A DNA stretch of 64,000 bases from Lama guanicoe (Eukaryota): assembly GCA_013239625.1 (NCBI GenBank), contig MU054187.1:25050433-25114432 (forward strand). Reading direction: 5' to 3'. Each line of letters opens with the position of its first letter. The first letter of the stretch is position 1. Positions 37,775-49,769 of this stretch are shown one piece after another. Under the pieces are notes generated by a model. The model was not told where the DNA came from. It searched no databases and saw nothing but the letters and a program-made list of their open reading frames with translations. The translations under genes and the position numbers were made by a program.

Positions 37775-40700
37775 TTCTCTGATACACAAGTTCAGTTCTT
37801 TTAGTGACCCTCAATTTTGATAACAGATAGCATTTTATGCCAGGATATATACAACTTCCAGAAAAGTCACATAATTTCTGGAATATTTATAATACATACC
37901 TGTTCAGACACAATGTAAAGAAGGCTTAATGTTATTACTTTTTATTTCACAGTGCTTCCCATGTAATTTAACATATAAAATATGCTAATGAGTTTAATAT
38001 CACTCTTTTTATGAGGAGAGAGAACAAATCTTTGAGATTTATCAGGGGTCCTCTGAAATATCTCATCACAAAATTAGTTCTAAGTCAAAAAGACTTCATT
38101 TAGAGTTTGATTTTGGGGTAGTTTGTCAAAAATATCAAAAAGATTTTTAAATACTTTATCAAATAGATCACTATGAAAAAGTGCTTATTCATCAATTTAA
38201 CCAAAATAATAATTAAAGACTTCATAGATAAGTATAGAAAGTTATATAGCTGAGCAAAACTTAGCTCTTTTAGTATCAAGAGGACTAGGTTTGCTTAAGT
38301 AATCAATGACTTGACAAAGACAACTCAGAATATAAGTCATTATTTTGATAAGACACAAGATCTTTGTTTTTGTTTTTCTTGGTAGATTACTTAAAGGTAA
38401 AGAAAAGCCTTTCACAATCTCTTATTATCAAGACAGATTAATAAGAAAAAGTTGCCCTTTTAACAGAGAGAAAAATCAAATTTTAACTTTGTACCAGTTT
38501 ATTTTGATATTAAAAATCATTTACCTAATTAAATTTATTCCAATTTTGCCCAGTTTTGACCACACATAAAATTCCTTTCCAAAGATTCTTTATTCACAAG
38601 CATTTTGCAACTTTCTATGTCCATTTATTTTTGTCCCTTATTATCTTTCCCATTTAGAAATAATCAGTTTTAGTATAAAATCACTTTCTTTTTCACTAAT
38701 AAAAACATCTCCAGAACTTACACCTCTACTTACTCCAGAACATATCCCATTTCTTTTTATACTTGGTACCTATAACCACATATATTAATTAGAATTCTTA
38801 ATCCTTTGAAATCTTATTTTTTTAGTGAAAATAAAGAAGTAAACAACTGTGAACTTTATTAATATTTTGTGGTTTGGTGAATTTATAAAACATCTTATAT
38901 TTTCTAGAAAAATATGCTACTTTATAGTCAATCTTTCAATAAAGCACAAGATATATTTACTAATACAGTCAAGCATAGTCACCCTGTAACAAGAGGTCAA
39001 AAGTAGGTATAAACCTAGACTTCTTTAGCAACTAATGTTTCAGTATTTTATTTGTAAATAATCTAGACATTCAATGAATTCCCCATTTAGTTTATTTAGA
39101 TTTATTTATTAAATCTCTAAGGGTGTAAATTACCAAAGAAATTTATGAAACTATTTAAGTAGTCATATTATAAAATAACTGTCAAAATCTTTGCCTAAAA
39201 ACCCTCATCTTATTTACATCCATTTAATCCATTTGTTCTTAACAACCATACATAAATTACTCATGAAAATGTCATGAGGCATTAAAGCAGTTAGTCATTA
39301 CCATGGTTTTTTTGGTTTGCTTGTGTGTGTGTGTGTGTGTTGTGTTGACAAACTGCAACAGAGACAACATTAACCCATTTAACTGGTAAACCTAGATAGA
39401 ACAAAAGTTGTTTATCTGCATTACATTTGATGCTAACTCTGAAGACTTACTTGTTTTAATTGAACCAACAAGATTAAAATTAGCTTTTATTTACAAAAGA
39501 TTATCCTAAATCATGTGAACTTGAAAAGCATTTGGGTTAGTTTTACTATATTTTTGAGAATTTTTAACAGAAACACTTCCTTGTTTAAGCCAATTAAATA
39601 GAACTCTTTTAGAAATTAATTTTGACTATACCATCCAGAAGTAAAATACATCTGTAGACATATAGACAGTCACAATTAGAGATCTAATAGATTTTATTTT
39701 GAGTCAGGTACAATTAAAAAAAAACTCACTAGTTTATAAATAAGAGTTGGAAAAATAAGATTATTTACTTAGATGGCTAAAGTCTTATTATTTGTGGGCA
39801 AGACTTTAAAGATCTGTTTTTGCCCTTGACAAGCAATTTTAAGGAGTCTGGGAAAGAGAGTTTATGCATGTTCATGTATAACTGAAAAATTTTGCATTAC
39901 ACTGGAATTTGACACAACATTGTGAAATGACTATAACTCAATTAAAAATGTTTAAAAATATATAAATAAATTAAAACAAAAGATTTCAGAAAATAAAAAG
40001 CATCATTTAAAGAGGTTTACATGAAAATTGTCAACTGAGCTCAGAAATGATGGACATGGTTTAGAAAGATGAAGGAAAAATGAAAAACGGTGTTTGACAC
40101 TGAATTTTCTTAAAAAAGGAAATTTAAAAGACAAAATTTTGAAAAGCTTGAGTTGGAGGAAGTAAGTGAGGAAATTCCTGTTTTACTCTTGTAAAACAGT
40201 TTATATTTAAAATGTGTTATCTTGAATTATGATCACTTAAAAGGAAGTTAGATATTTAATATTCACTGTCATTACTGGAAATGGACATATTCATCAATTA
40301 CAATAAAAACAGTCAACATTAAAAAAAATAATAAAAGTATTTTGTGTTTAAAAAGGCTTTTCCCCACACAATTTTTTAAAATTTTAATTTGTATTTTTAT
40401 CTTTAGTTTCTTTCAATTGAATTAATCCGGGCTTAGTCTCAGGCTATGTGGGCTGTATTTATACCTCAAAGACATGACGAGATTTGTAAATTTAAGGATT
40501 ATCTTAACTTTAAGGGTTAGAGAGAAATAAAATGTAAGTTTTCTCTTAGGACTTTTGGAGTATATTTGTTGATTACTATGAGTCTTAAGCACAAGGCAAT
40601 TTTGATCCAGCTACCTGATCTATTATAGTACCTGCAAGCATTTTGAGAGGAACACGTGTGGCCATGGGACTGGTAAATTTACATGGGCTTTGATTTATTT

Positions 40701-42574
40701 CTAGAGTTGTACTTTTGGTTTTGTAGAAGTTTGCAAGTTAAAGACAGTTGCTTTTATTAACTCTCGAATATTGGATTTCAGCTTATTTATTTCCTGATTA
40801 TTTGTAGGAAGGCCTGGGGAATTGCTGAGGAGATGGGACAATTTTTAAGAAGGAAAATCTATGTTGAATTTTTAAGTCCAATTTCTGTTCATGCATCTTA
40901 ATAAAGATTTTTATTAAAACTAGTCTTTATACCTTTTTTCTTTCAATGTGATCCTCCCATAAGTAACAATATGACAGTAGTTTATTATGAGAGCTCTCAA
41001 AAATTATTTCCTTTTATATTGCCAATTTAAAGGATCCATCATGTGGCTATTGACAAGTAGGATCTTATATTATTATCAGAGTGATTCATACCGCCATTTT
41101 ATTACAACTTAACCAAAGATGCAAGAAGTGTCTTAGAAGAGAGAGTATATAGCTCTCACAAGATCCAGAAAGTTCACTCCCAGATTTTGTTTAGAAAAGT
41201 GAAAAAGCCTTTTATCGCTACAGGAGGTAAGAATGGTATAGTGAAAATGATGTCTCTGGAGTACCACAAATCTGTAAACTGCCTCTAGCCATATCCCACT
41301 AATTTATGGAACCAGGTGAGCACTACTGGAATGGAACTTCTCCAGCACTAACAAGCAAAAAACGGTTAAGATGACAAAGGCCTCTTGTGGTCTGGAACAG
41401 CTTATGACAAATTCCTCCTGAGAGCTGGCACAACTAGACAAAGAGAGTGCTGCTTGTTGCTTTGGATCTTGGAACCCCAGTTAGTTTGACTGGTCATCCG
41501 ACGCACCCTGGTAAATCATCTCCTGGATGGTGGAGACTAAAGAGAATATTCTCGCTGGACACATAGCCAAGCTCTCAGGACATAGAACAAGATGGAAGAA
41601 AAAACCTCACCCATGTTTTCATAAAGGACTCACAGCAAAATTTGTCAGAATAGATGCTGGTCTGGTGAGAACTTAATTCACCAGTCTGTGAGGCCAGCTC
41701 AATTAGCAGCCTTCCAGGGCCAGTTCCTGCCTTCTGTCCCATAGGTCTTTTTCCTTATGACAAACAAAACAATAGACAGAGACAAAAACAGTGACCATCT
41801 CTGGGAGGAAAAGGATCCCCAAAAGTTGCTAATCCAAGGAACAAGCCCTACAAATATTCTCTCCTGCTAATCTAAATTGAGAGAGAGAAAAGGGACTCTC
41901 ACCACTTTCCCTTCCACCACAGCTTGCAGGCAGAGATCCTGGGTATTGTTGTGATAAGAAATTTTACCTTCTGCAAGCCTTTGTCACATGTCCCAGGATG
42001 TCTCAGCTTGAGCAGCTACAAGGCAGAAAACAGGGTCTAGCCAGCCTGCTGCTTGATAAACCAACCTTTGGGGAGGGGGAAATTTCCCCCTACCCTCTTG
42101 AGTTCTTGTGGCTGGATTAATAATGAAACTGACACAAGACAGATTACCAGGATAAAAAGAAATGAATTTTAATTCATGTACATGGAGATCTCATAGAAAT
42201 GGGACCTGAGAAGTGGCCAAAGCAGACAGCTTTTACATTGTTTAGACAAAGAATCAATAAATGTGTTAGGAATTGACAGGAGGTATCCAATTAGGGAGGA
42301 ATCTAAACAGAGTTTGGGCTTGGGGTAGTAAAGCAATGAAGTAACAAGGCTTCTCAGCCCCAAATTTCCTACCTCTGTTGATAAGGGTGTCTTTTTTACC
42401 TCCAGAGGCACGGCATGCACTTTTCAGATGACGGGTACATTTTCTGCTTTCAGGGAACCAGAAAAGAGAGTCAGCATGTTCCTCTTACAATGGCCATTTC
42501 TTAAGTAACATTGATTCAAAATAATCAATATACTATTGGGGCAATTTTGGGGGTGGCCTATCCTGGGCTTAACA
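37775..42574 (-). mobile_element. ERV1 (MER4-group) copy B: 5' LTR (42574 to about 42066), PBS and about 4 kb of AT-rich internal sequence; no 3' LTR seen
   Basis: Reverse-complement match to copy A, e.g. 'ttggccacttctcaggtcccatttctatgagatctcca' and 'atcctgggacatgtgacaaaggctt'. Confidence 0.8.
39864..40336 (+). mobile_element. Short L1 3' tail plus a probable 3'-transduced segment, inserted in ERV copy B
   Basis: L1 tail 'ttcatgtataactgaaaaat...gacacaacattgtgaaatgactataactcaattaaaaa', then about 340 bp of non-L1 sequence, AATAAA at 40302-40307 and a second A-run at 40321-40328. Confidence 0.6.
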
Positions 42575-42951
42575 ATACGAAACACTAAGCTGTTATCATT
42601 TTGTTTTACAACCGTTCAATAGTTCTAGACACAAAACCACATCTTCTAATATATTTTTTTCAGGAGTTATTACATGAAGCAAAATCTAATTCTTTATTGA
42701 AATAAGACAATTCATTGCATATACTTATACACTTCTGTGTAGCACTTTATAACTCCTGAAGCAATTGCAGATCCTTTAACATTTACAAGCCCTGAGAGGT
42801 TTCACTTTTTGTGAGCATTTATGACAAAATCGTCCCCCTATATATTGAAAAATATTTCTGCAAAGGTGAAAGGTAGTGTGGGATAATACACTAAACCTGA
42901 TATGATTTCCAACTGGAAGTGCACAGAAATTCAAGCTAAGATGAAGTCTTT

Positions 42952-43091
42952 TTTTTTTAAATTTTATTTTCCACGAGAGTAGGTAATTGGGTTTATTTAT
43001 TTATTTATTTTAGAGGAGGTAGTGGGGATTGAACGTAGGACCTCATGCATGCTAAGCATGTGCTCTACCACTTGAGCTATAAACTCCCCCC
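42952..43091 (-). mobile_element. tRNA-Ala-derived SINE, camelid vic-1 type
   Basis: Minus strand GGGGGGAGTTTATAGCTCAAGTGGTAGAGCACATGCTTAGCATGCATGAGGTCCTACGTTCAATCCCC with A and B boxes, (TAAA)n and a poly(A) tail; exact 12-bp TSD gatgaagtcttt at 42940-42951 and 43094-43105; TTT/AAAG L1 endonuclease site. Confidence 0.92.
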
Positions 43092-43699
43092 ATGATGAAG
43101 TCTTTAAACCGGGATCATTTCCTTTACTAAAATTATAATTTAGCATCCAGCCACACAGACTGGATTAATATCTTAATATCTTAGATTTAAATATATTTGT
43201 ATCTTACAATAATCTATGGTTCAAAAGACATAGGCATTATTCTATTTTTTTGGTTCAGGCTAATTTCTATTAAAAGTAATTCCATTTTTTCCCCCTGTTG
43301 CTTGCTGTGTGTTCATGGAAATATTTGTTTTCAATGTATGCACAAAGATGACTTCAATATTTCTTCAAGTTTTTAAAGAAATATTTATTTGCATATATGA
43401 CAGATATCTGTGTAAGAATTCACTCAAATTAATGACTTTATGCCTTGCATTATTTTTATAGACGTATCTACTTTGTCACATTACTAGATGATAATTAATT
43501 TAAATCCATTTTATACTGTGGCCTGCTTTTTAGTTACTAATATTCACTGATTTGCCATATTTAATGTGAAAGTAGATTAGTTTTAGAAAATCCCTTTCCT
43601 TTTCCTTCAATTCAAAATTTCACAATGAGATTTATATCAGGATCCAATAACTTTATGTTATTTTAAATTAGGATGCAGAGGGTAAGGAAAAATAAGGTG

Positions 43700-44480
43700 T
43701 CTGAAGATAAAATTGGCCAGGACTACTAAGTAGTTCAGTAATTCAATTGCAATTTTCAGGGCCCAGCTTTTTTACCCATTTTTCTTCTCTGTCAAAATCT
43801 GCTTGTCATTCTTGTCCCTCACAGTTAGGTGGTGAATGACACAGTTCCCAGTGTCATGTGCAGTCACTACAACATACAGCAAATGAAGAAGGAAAGTTTT
43901 TCCATGTGAGGAAGTAAAGTTAAGCAAAGATAAAACACCCGTTGCTTGCACTGTCACGCCGTTGGCTTCTATAATCTTGCTTGCTTCTTGTATCAATCAG
44001 CCAGTAACAGCCGTTGAGAAACTTACTGCACTTGGCCTGGAAGGTCCCTAATACCCCAAAGCTTAACATGTATAAAAGATGGTCAAAGCCTGAGCCAGGT
44101 GCTCAGCCTTTGGAGGTGACTCCACTGGGCCAGCACCAGTGTGGAAAAAAACAGTTTTTCTGATTCTCTGAGTGCATGCCATCTGTCTCTTCCCACTGGC
44201 TGAATCCTCCCATTACACATGCATCGAGTTATTACCAGATATCCTCTCCCAGGAACTTCCTAGTGAATGTCTTCTTATGTCTCATGACCCAAGACTAGGC
44301 CACCTGTCTATAACATACAATTCATTAAAAGGAGCAACAAATAATTATGATTGACTTCTACAAATCACCATCCACTGTCTGGGGAGATGAGACTGGTATC
44401 ACCTTTCTTGAGTCCAGATCCCTAAAAAAGAAGGTGAATATCTGAAAAATACTGGGTCCCATTCCCAGAGATTGGGAAAG
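43700..44480 (-). mobile_element. Old MaLR LTR (MLT1J/K-like) interrupted by a younger LTR
   Basis: 'tcagggcccagcttt...cagttcccagtgtcatgtgcagtcac' and 'cttcttatgtctcatgacccaagactaggcca' on either side of the insert. Confidence 0.5.
43907..44217 (+). mobile_element. 311-bp solo LTR (ERV1-like)
   Basis: TG...CA termini, 4-bp TSD CATG at 43903-43906 and 44218-44221, TATAAAA at 44071. Confidence 0.8.
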
Positions 44481-45311
44481 ATTCAGAAAGTTTAAAAATC
44501 ACTTATATTCCCTAGTATTATCCATTTTTTCTTTTGAAGCACAATTCTGGCCCTACTTGACACTTTTCCTGTTGCTAGATAACCTCTTCTAATGTTTCAC
44601 AAAATTTAAGTGTATTTATATACTATTTACCTGTACTTATATGCAATTAGACAATTCAAATAATTTGTTTTGTAGTTACAAGTAGGAACACCTTTTGGAC
44701 ATAACATCTACAAAATTCAATAGTCCAAAATTAGATTTTTATTTCTAGAACTCTCTGTCCATTCTGTTTTGAAGTCTCAAGCCAGTCACTTGATTTCAAC
44801 TTTATCTAGGTTATTATAAGTAAATTCAGTTCAAATTCAGTGATTTCTTGGTCAAATTAATAGTGATTATTTAGGCCCAGCTGAGTTCCTCTTCTGCTCT
44901 TTCTGGTACTAATTAATTCACTGGGGAATTTGCACAGCCACCTGGTGTGGGGAGGGGTGCCATGCACACCTTTTATTTCTTTCTCTGATTCTCTTTCCCA
45001 TCTGTTGTCAATAATCAATGTCCTCATGGTCTGTGCTCATGCAATAAGCTATACCCAGTGGTGGCTTTGGTGGTTGTCACATTTGGTTCCAGCACAGCTC
45101 CAGGACGTAGAAAATTCCACATTGATGCAGCTTCTCTCCTCCCATCCCTAATGGGTGGTCCAGGGCTTCTACTTACCCTAGCAGCATAAATTTACTGGAC
45201 CTCACCATAATTTCCCTCCTACTTTCAGATCTGCACATGGTTTCAGATGCAGAGGAAGCTCACAACTTGCTGCCACATCTTTATCAGGTCCTCAGTCATT
45301 TAGGTGGAGGG

Positions 45312-45691
45312 TGTATCTTGGTCTCCTAAGGCCACATTAACAAATTATCAATACATGGTGGCTTAAAACAAAAGAAATTTATTCTCAAAATTCTGGAGGC
45401 TAGAAATACAAGATCTAGAGAGAATTCTTCCTTATCTCTCCCAGTTCCTGGTGCCTCCATCTTCACATTGCCTTCTCATCACCCTGTTTCTGTGTCTTCT
45501 CCTCTTCTATCTTACAGAGGCTAATTGCCATTGAATGTAGGGCCTGCCCATCTAATTTGGGATGGTCTACTGAGATCCTTAACTTAAGTATATCTTCAAA
45601 GATGCTCTTCCCAAATAAGTTCACATTCACAGGTTCCAGGGTCTAAGACTCAGACCTACTTGTTGAGGGGTTCATTATTCACCCCACTACA
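45312..45691 (-). mobile_element. MaLR solo LTR, MLT1B/C-like
   Basis: 'ggtggcttaaaacaaaagaaatttattctc...tctggaggctagaa' and 'ttcccaaataagttcacattcacagg'; TG...CA ends. Confidence 0.8.
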
Positions 45692-48600
45692 GGGAGTAAG
45701 CATTGGAGGCACATCTCGTGACTATTTGTGTCATACTGCCATCTATCCCGTTCCTCCCAAACCCAGTTGTGGGACACCCACTTTCAGAGCTGTTTCTCTT
45801 AAGCTGCAGACAGGAAAAAAGCCTGACTCTTTTCTCAGATTTCATGAGGGGCCTTCTGGTGCTTTGTTTCCCCTCTTCCTACCCTACTCCTGCCCCCTTA
45901 GACTTCTGCTCTAAGAGGTCAAGGGGCACAAACTTGGTTCAATTTCTCACCCTGTACTTGTTGGTCCATGTATTCTTCACTGCCTCCTTCCCTGCCCCAC
46001 AGCCGAACCCTACCCCATCAAATACTTTTTCTCTGAAAGGATGAGGGTGAAGTGCCAACCATCTCCCATCTTTTGGTTTCAAATCAAGACTAGTGCTTCT
46101 CTGGACTTAGCAATTTAAGGTCAAGATCTATGCTATTGTCATGAGCCCTCTTCACTGCAATGGACATCATTATGTTTAGCCTCCTGGGGGAGGAAGAACC
46201 AACAGGAATGGGAAGGAGTCCACTCAACTGACACTACAACTCATCCTGCCCCACTTACAAATTGAGGATTCACATTCAGCCCACTCAAAAGTGCTCTTAT
46301 TTCAGCTGCTCTATGTGCCTAGCAATTGCTTGAAAACCCTAACTCATTTAAGTTATTTCTCTTTTCCATTTGAGTAGCATCATCCCTCATCAAAAGCATT
46401 TTAATGCAGCTCTATTTAATACAAAATAAAGTAATTTGGTGCTGATGGCAACTCAGGGAATAGCTCTATTATTTTGAATTAAATGAAACTTTATCTGTCC
46501 TTTCTGAGGATTTTAAGGGTTTGTGCAAATTGCTGTCAGACTGATTTTGCTGCAATTTAGCCCAGTTGGTTAAAGTAAATATATCAGATGTACAATCAGT
46601 TCCTTAGTAAGGGAAGAGCAACTGGAGCTTTGTTTCCAGGGCCACCAAATTTAGAGTGTATAAACAGTCAAAAATGTATTTTAAAATATATGCTCTCTAC
46701 AACTCAGAAAATGACATTTCCCAACAGTAAAAATGGATATGGGAAGAAACAGCTGCAGGACAAAGACTGTCAATATCAGAGAGGAGAGGGCTTGGGGTCT
46801 AGCCCAGGAACAAAGAAAAGGCTGAAATTTGGAGGTAGGAAAGGTCAGGTAGAGAGTATTTAAAAGGCTGAGCATGTGACAAGGGAGGAGGGGAGTGTGA
46901 AGACATCGGAGGATTCTGGAATATTAGCCTATTAGTGAGGAAATGTGCCTACAAAGATCCCCCCAAAGCCTGGTAGCACACCCATCCACCTGTCAAATAT
47001 TACACATTTGGTAGTTCAAACAATGATTTGATATCTTACAGTTCTTTCAGAAGTCCAACAAGTACCTCAACAGGCTAAAAACGAAGGTGAATGTGGACAA
47101 CTTCCAATCTTTATTTGCCATGTATTCTGCTAACATGATTCTCTACTAATAACATTAATTGAAGCTGAATTTTTAAATAAGGATTACATTTTTTTGGAAA
47201 AGTTAAAAATGTAGTTTATGGAAAGACATGTATCTTTACAAAGAGCAGTAGCAAACAATCCAATCTAGAAGTTTAAATAAAAGTAGATGACTTTAAAATC
47301 AAATATATATATATAAAGCTGAAGTCACTGTAAATAGGACTGCATTTAAATCCACTGGCATGGACAATTTTATAGATTGCAAAAAATATATGATCTGGGA
47401 TGTTTTTCAGACTTTAATGTGTGATCTCCATGAACTATGAATCTCCTAAGAAGTTCTTTTGTCAAAACTGTATCATAAGCCATATATTTACAAATTGACT
47501 CTGACCTCTTCTCTCATGATGGATATGCCTAGCAAAGCTTTAGGCATCTGCATAAGAGGCATACAATTTTAGGGATTTTGAACACCAGATGGATTCTCAT
47601 TTCAAGTTCACCTATTAAAGTCTCTTCTTGTACTAGGAATTAATAATCCAACAAATCAGGTATTAATTTATAATATGAATTGAATTTACATAAAATATAT
47701 TATAACAAAGTCAGTGAAAATTTATGTGAGTATTCAACTGTTTTGGAAAGGGAATCTTTCCCAAACTATAGCCATAAAGAAAGAACTAACACAAGAGAAA
47801 CAGATAGAGGAAGCTAGGTTTAAATCTCAGCAAATAAAATTTACTCTTGGTAGGTCACATGCTTAATGCTAGCAATATCTGAAGAAGTTGGCAATGGATG
47901 TTCATGGTATATCCTTCTAAATTAAAGTGTGCAAATCTAAGAAAGGAGATTTAAATTTTGTGCAAATCTCCAGCACATATGGAAAGTATTCATAAAACCA
48001 AGTTAGCTCCAAGTGGAATATTAACTGCTACATAACAAATGTGTTCATCTACAATATAAAAATAAATGGGTCATTTAAACTAGGTCACCAGCAGATCAAA
48101 ATGAGAATAGAGATGTGTAGAAGAAAGGGACAAAAAGGGAGCAGTGCACCTGTAAGCTTTGATGTATGTACATATCTGCAAGGCAGTAAAGGTCAGTACA
48201 TGTTAGCCTGGACACTTTCAAACAGAACATACATTTACAGTATTGCATCTCTCGGGAGTTGTTTTGTGTCTTCATGGGAGTACACTATTTAGTCAAGATG
48301 ACAAATAGCTGGTAAGAAAATAAATGAAATAAAATTCACTTTGAAAGAGAAAAGTGAACCAGGGAGATATCTGGGACATAATCCTATGAGTAATAAGGAA
48401 GGCAGAATGATATTTAAAGTACAAAAGAAGCAGCAGGAAGGGGAGCTTTCATACTTTAAAGAAAAATTTTGATCTATGATGTTACTTATGACTCAAGAAG
48501 GAAGACCTCATGACTTTATAAAATATTTCTAAGAAGTCAAATTTTTTAATGAAAACCAAGTACTATCATTTGCATATTTGTGTTACTAATAAAGATTTAA

Positions 48601-49769
48601 GTGTATGAGATTCCTCAAAATACTATGTTCTGTATTAAAATAGGAATAATAATAACATATACATAACAACTTTGATCTATAGCAATTCATAAGTATTTGT
48701 CATATGTTTTGATATCTAATTATACATTTGATGCTTATAGCTCATTCTGTTTAATTAAGAGTAATGAAAGGCCATTAGGAGGTATACATTTCTCTACTGC
48801 TTTTTATGATAAGAAGAGATAATATATCAATTTTAAGTGGAAAGATATTGTTAGGATGTTAATAAAAGTTAATATACAAAACTAAAAAATCATGGAAACC
48901 AGAGATAGACAGGTTTTAGAAGAATATAAGTGAAAGAGAACACTTAAGGATGAATACATTACTAATCAAAGCTCCAACCTTAACAATTGGAACTTTGATG
49001 AAGAGGATATATATGAAGGCCAATATTCATGGGACTAAAATATAGAGGGTGTGGCATGTCAAGAAACATTGTGTTCTTTCCTGGAACAAGTATTTTACAA
49101 AACCAAGAAGTCCATTTTTCATCTTGTTCTGTCCCTTTCACCCCACCAAGTGGATCCAAACACAGAATACTTATTAACTCTGCTATTCTAAAATAAGCAT
49201 TGAGTCACACTTTTTCTTCAGGTTCAATCAACTCAGCTTCTTAGACTTCTTTTCAGCCAGAAGGCTTTATAGGCACTCATCATATCTGATTCATTCATTC
49301 TTTTGTTATGTGTCTTAAAAACTCAGTAGGCTTGGAATTAATAATAGAGCTGCAATCATTTTCAAAAACAGTCAACAAGTTTTTCTTGAGCAGCCGCATG
49401 CTGAGAATATACTGACCACAGGAAGCCCTAAGTGGCCAATGGGCACAGAGCCAGTATAGGAAGGGATGAAAGAAGTGGAAAACATGGGAGGTTCTTACAG
49501 TCTATTTCTAATAAAAGAGACTCAGTAGAGCTGTACCCACCCATCTCCAGGAAGGGGAGCACAATATCTGATTAGGAGCCCTCCTTGAGTAGCATTATTC
49601 ACTTACATGTTCAGCAGCTACAAACTGATCTCTTTCAATCACACTGGTTTCAAACCTCCAAAACCCAATGGTCAGTCCATTGTCAATGGAGAGGATCCAG
49701 ATAGGCTCCCTTTTTTTTGCATATTGAAAAGGTAATACAGACATTTTATTTAAAAATTTAAATGTCCAG

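Noticed and set aside
43020..43091. tRNA-Ala gene
   Set aside because: It has a SINE tail, poly(A) and TSD, and the cloverleaf is degenerate
44870..46290. Possible very old LTR-like element surrounding the MLT1B/C
   Set aside because: The composition is suggestive, but I could not establish termini, a TSD or a family
46300..49700. Hidden exons in the AT-rich unique stretch
   Set aside because: Only short chance ORFs, with no recognisable protein motifs or consistent splice-site pairs
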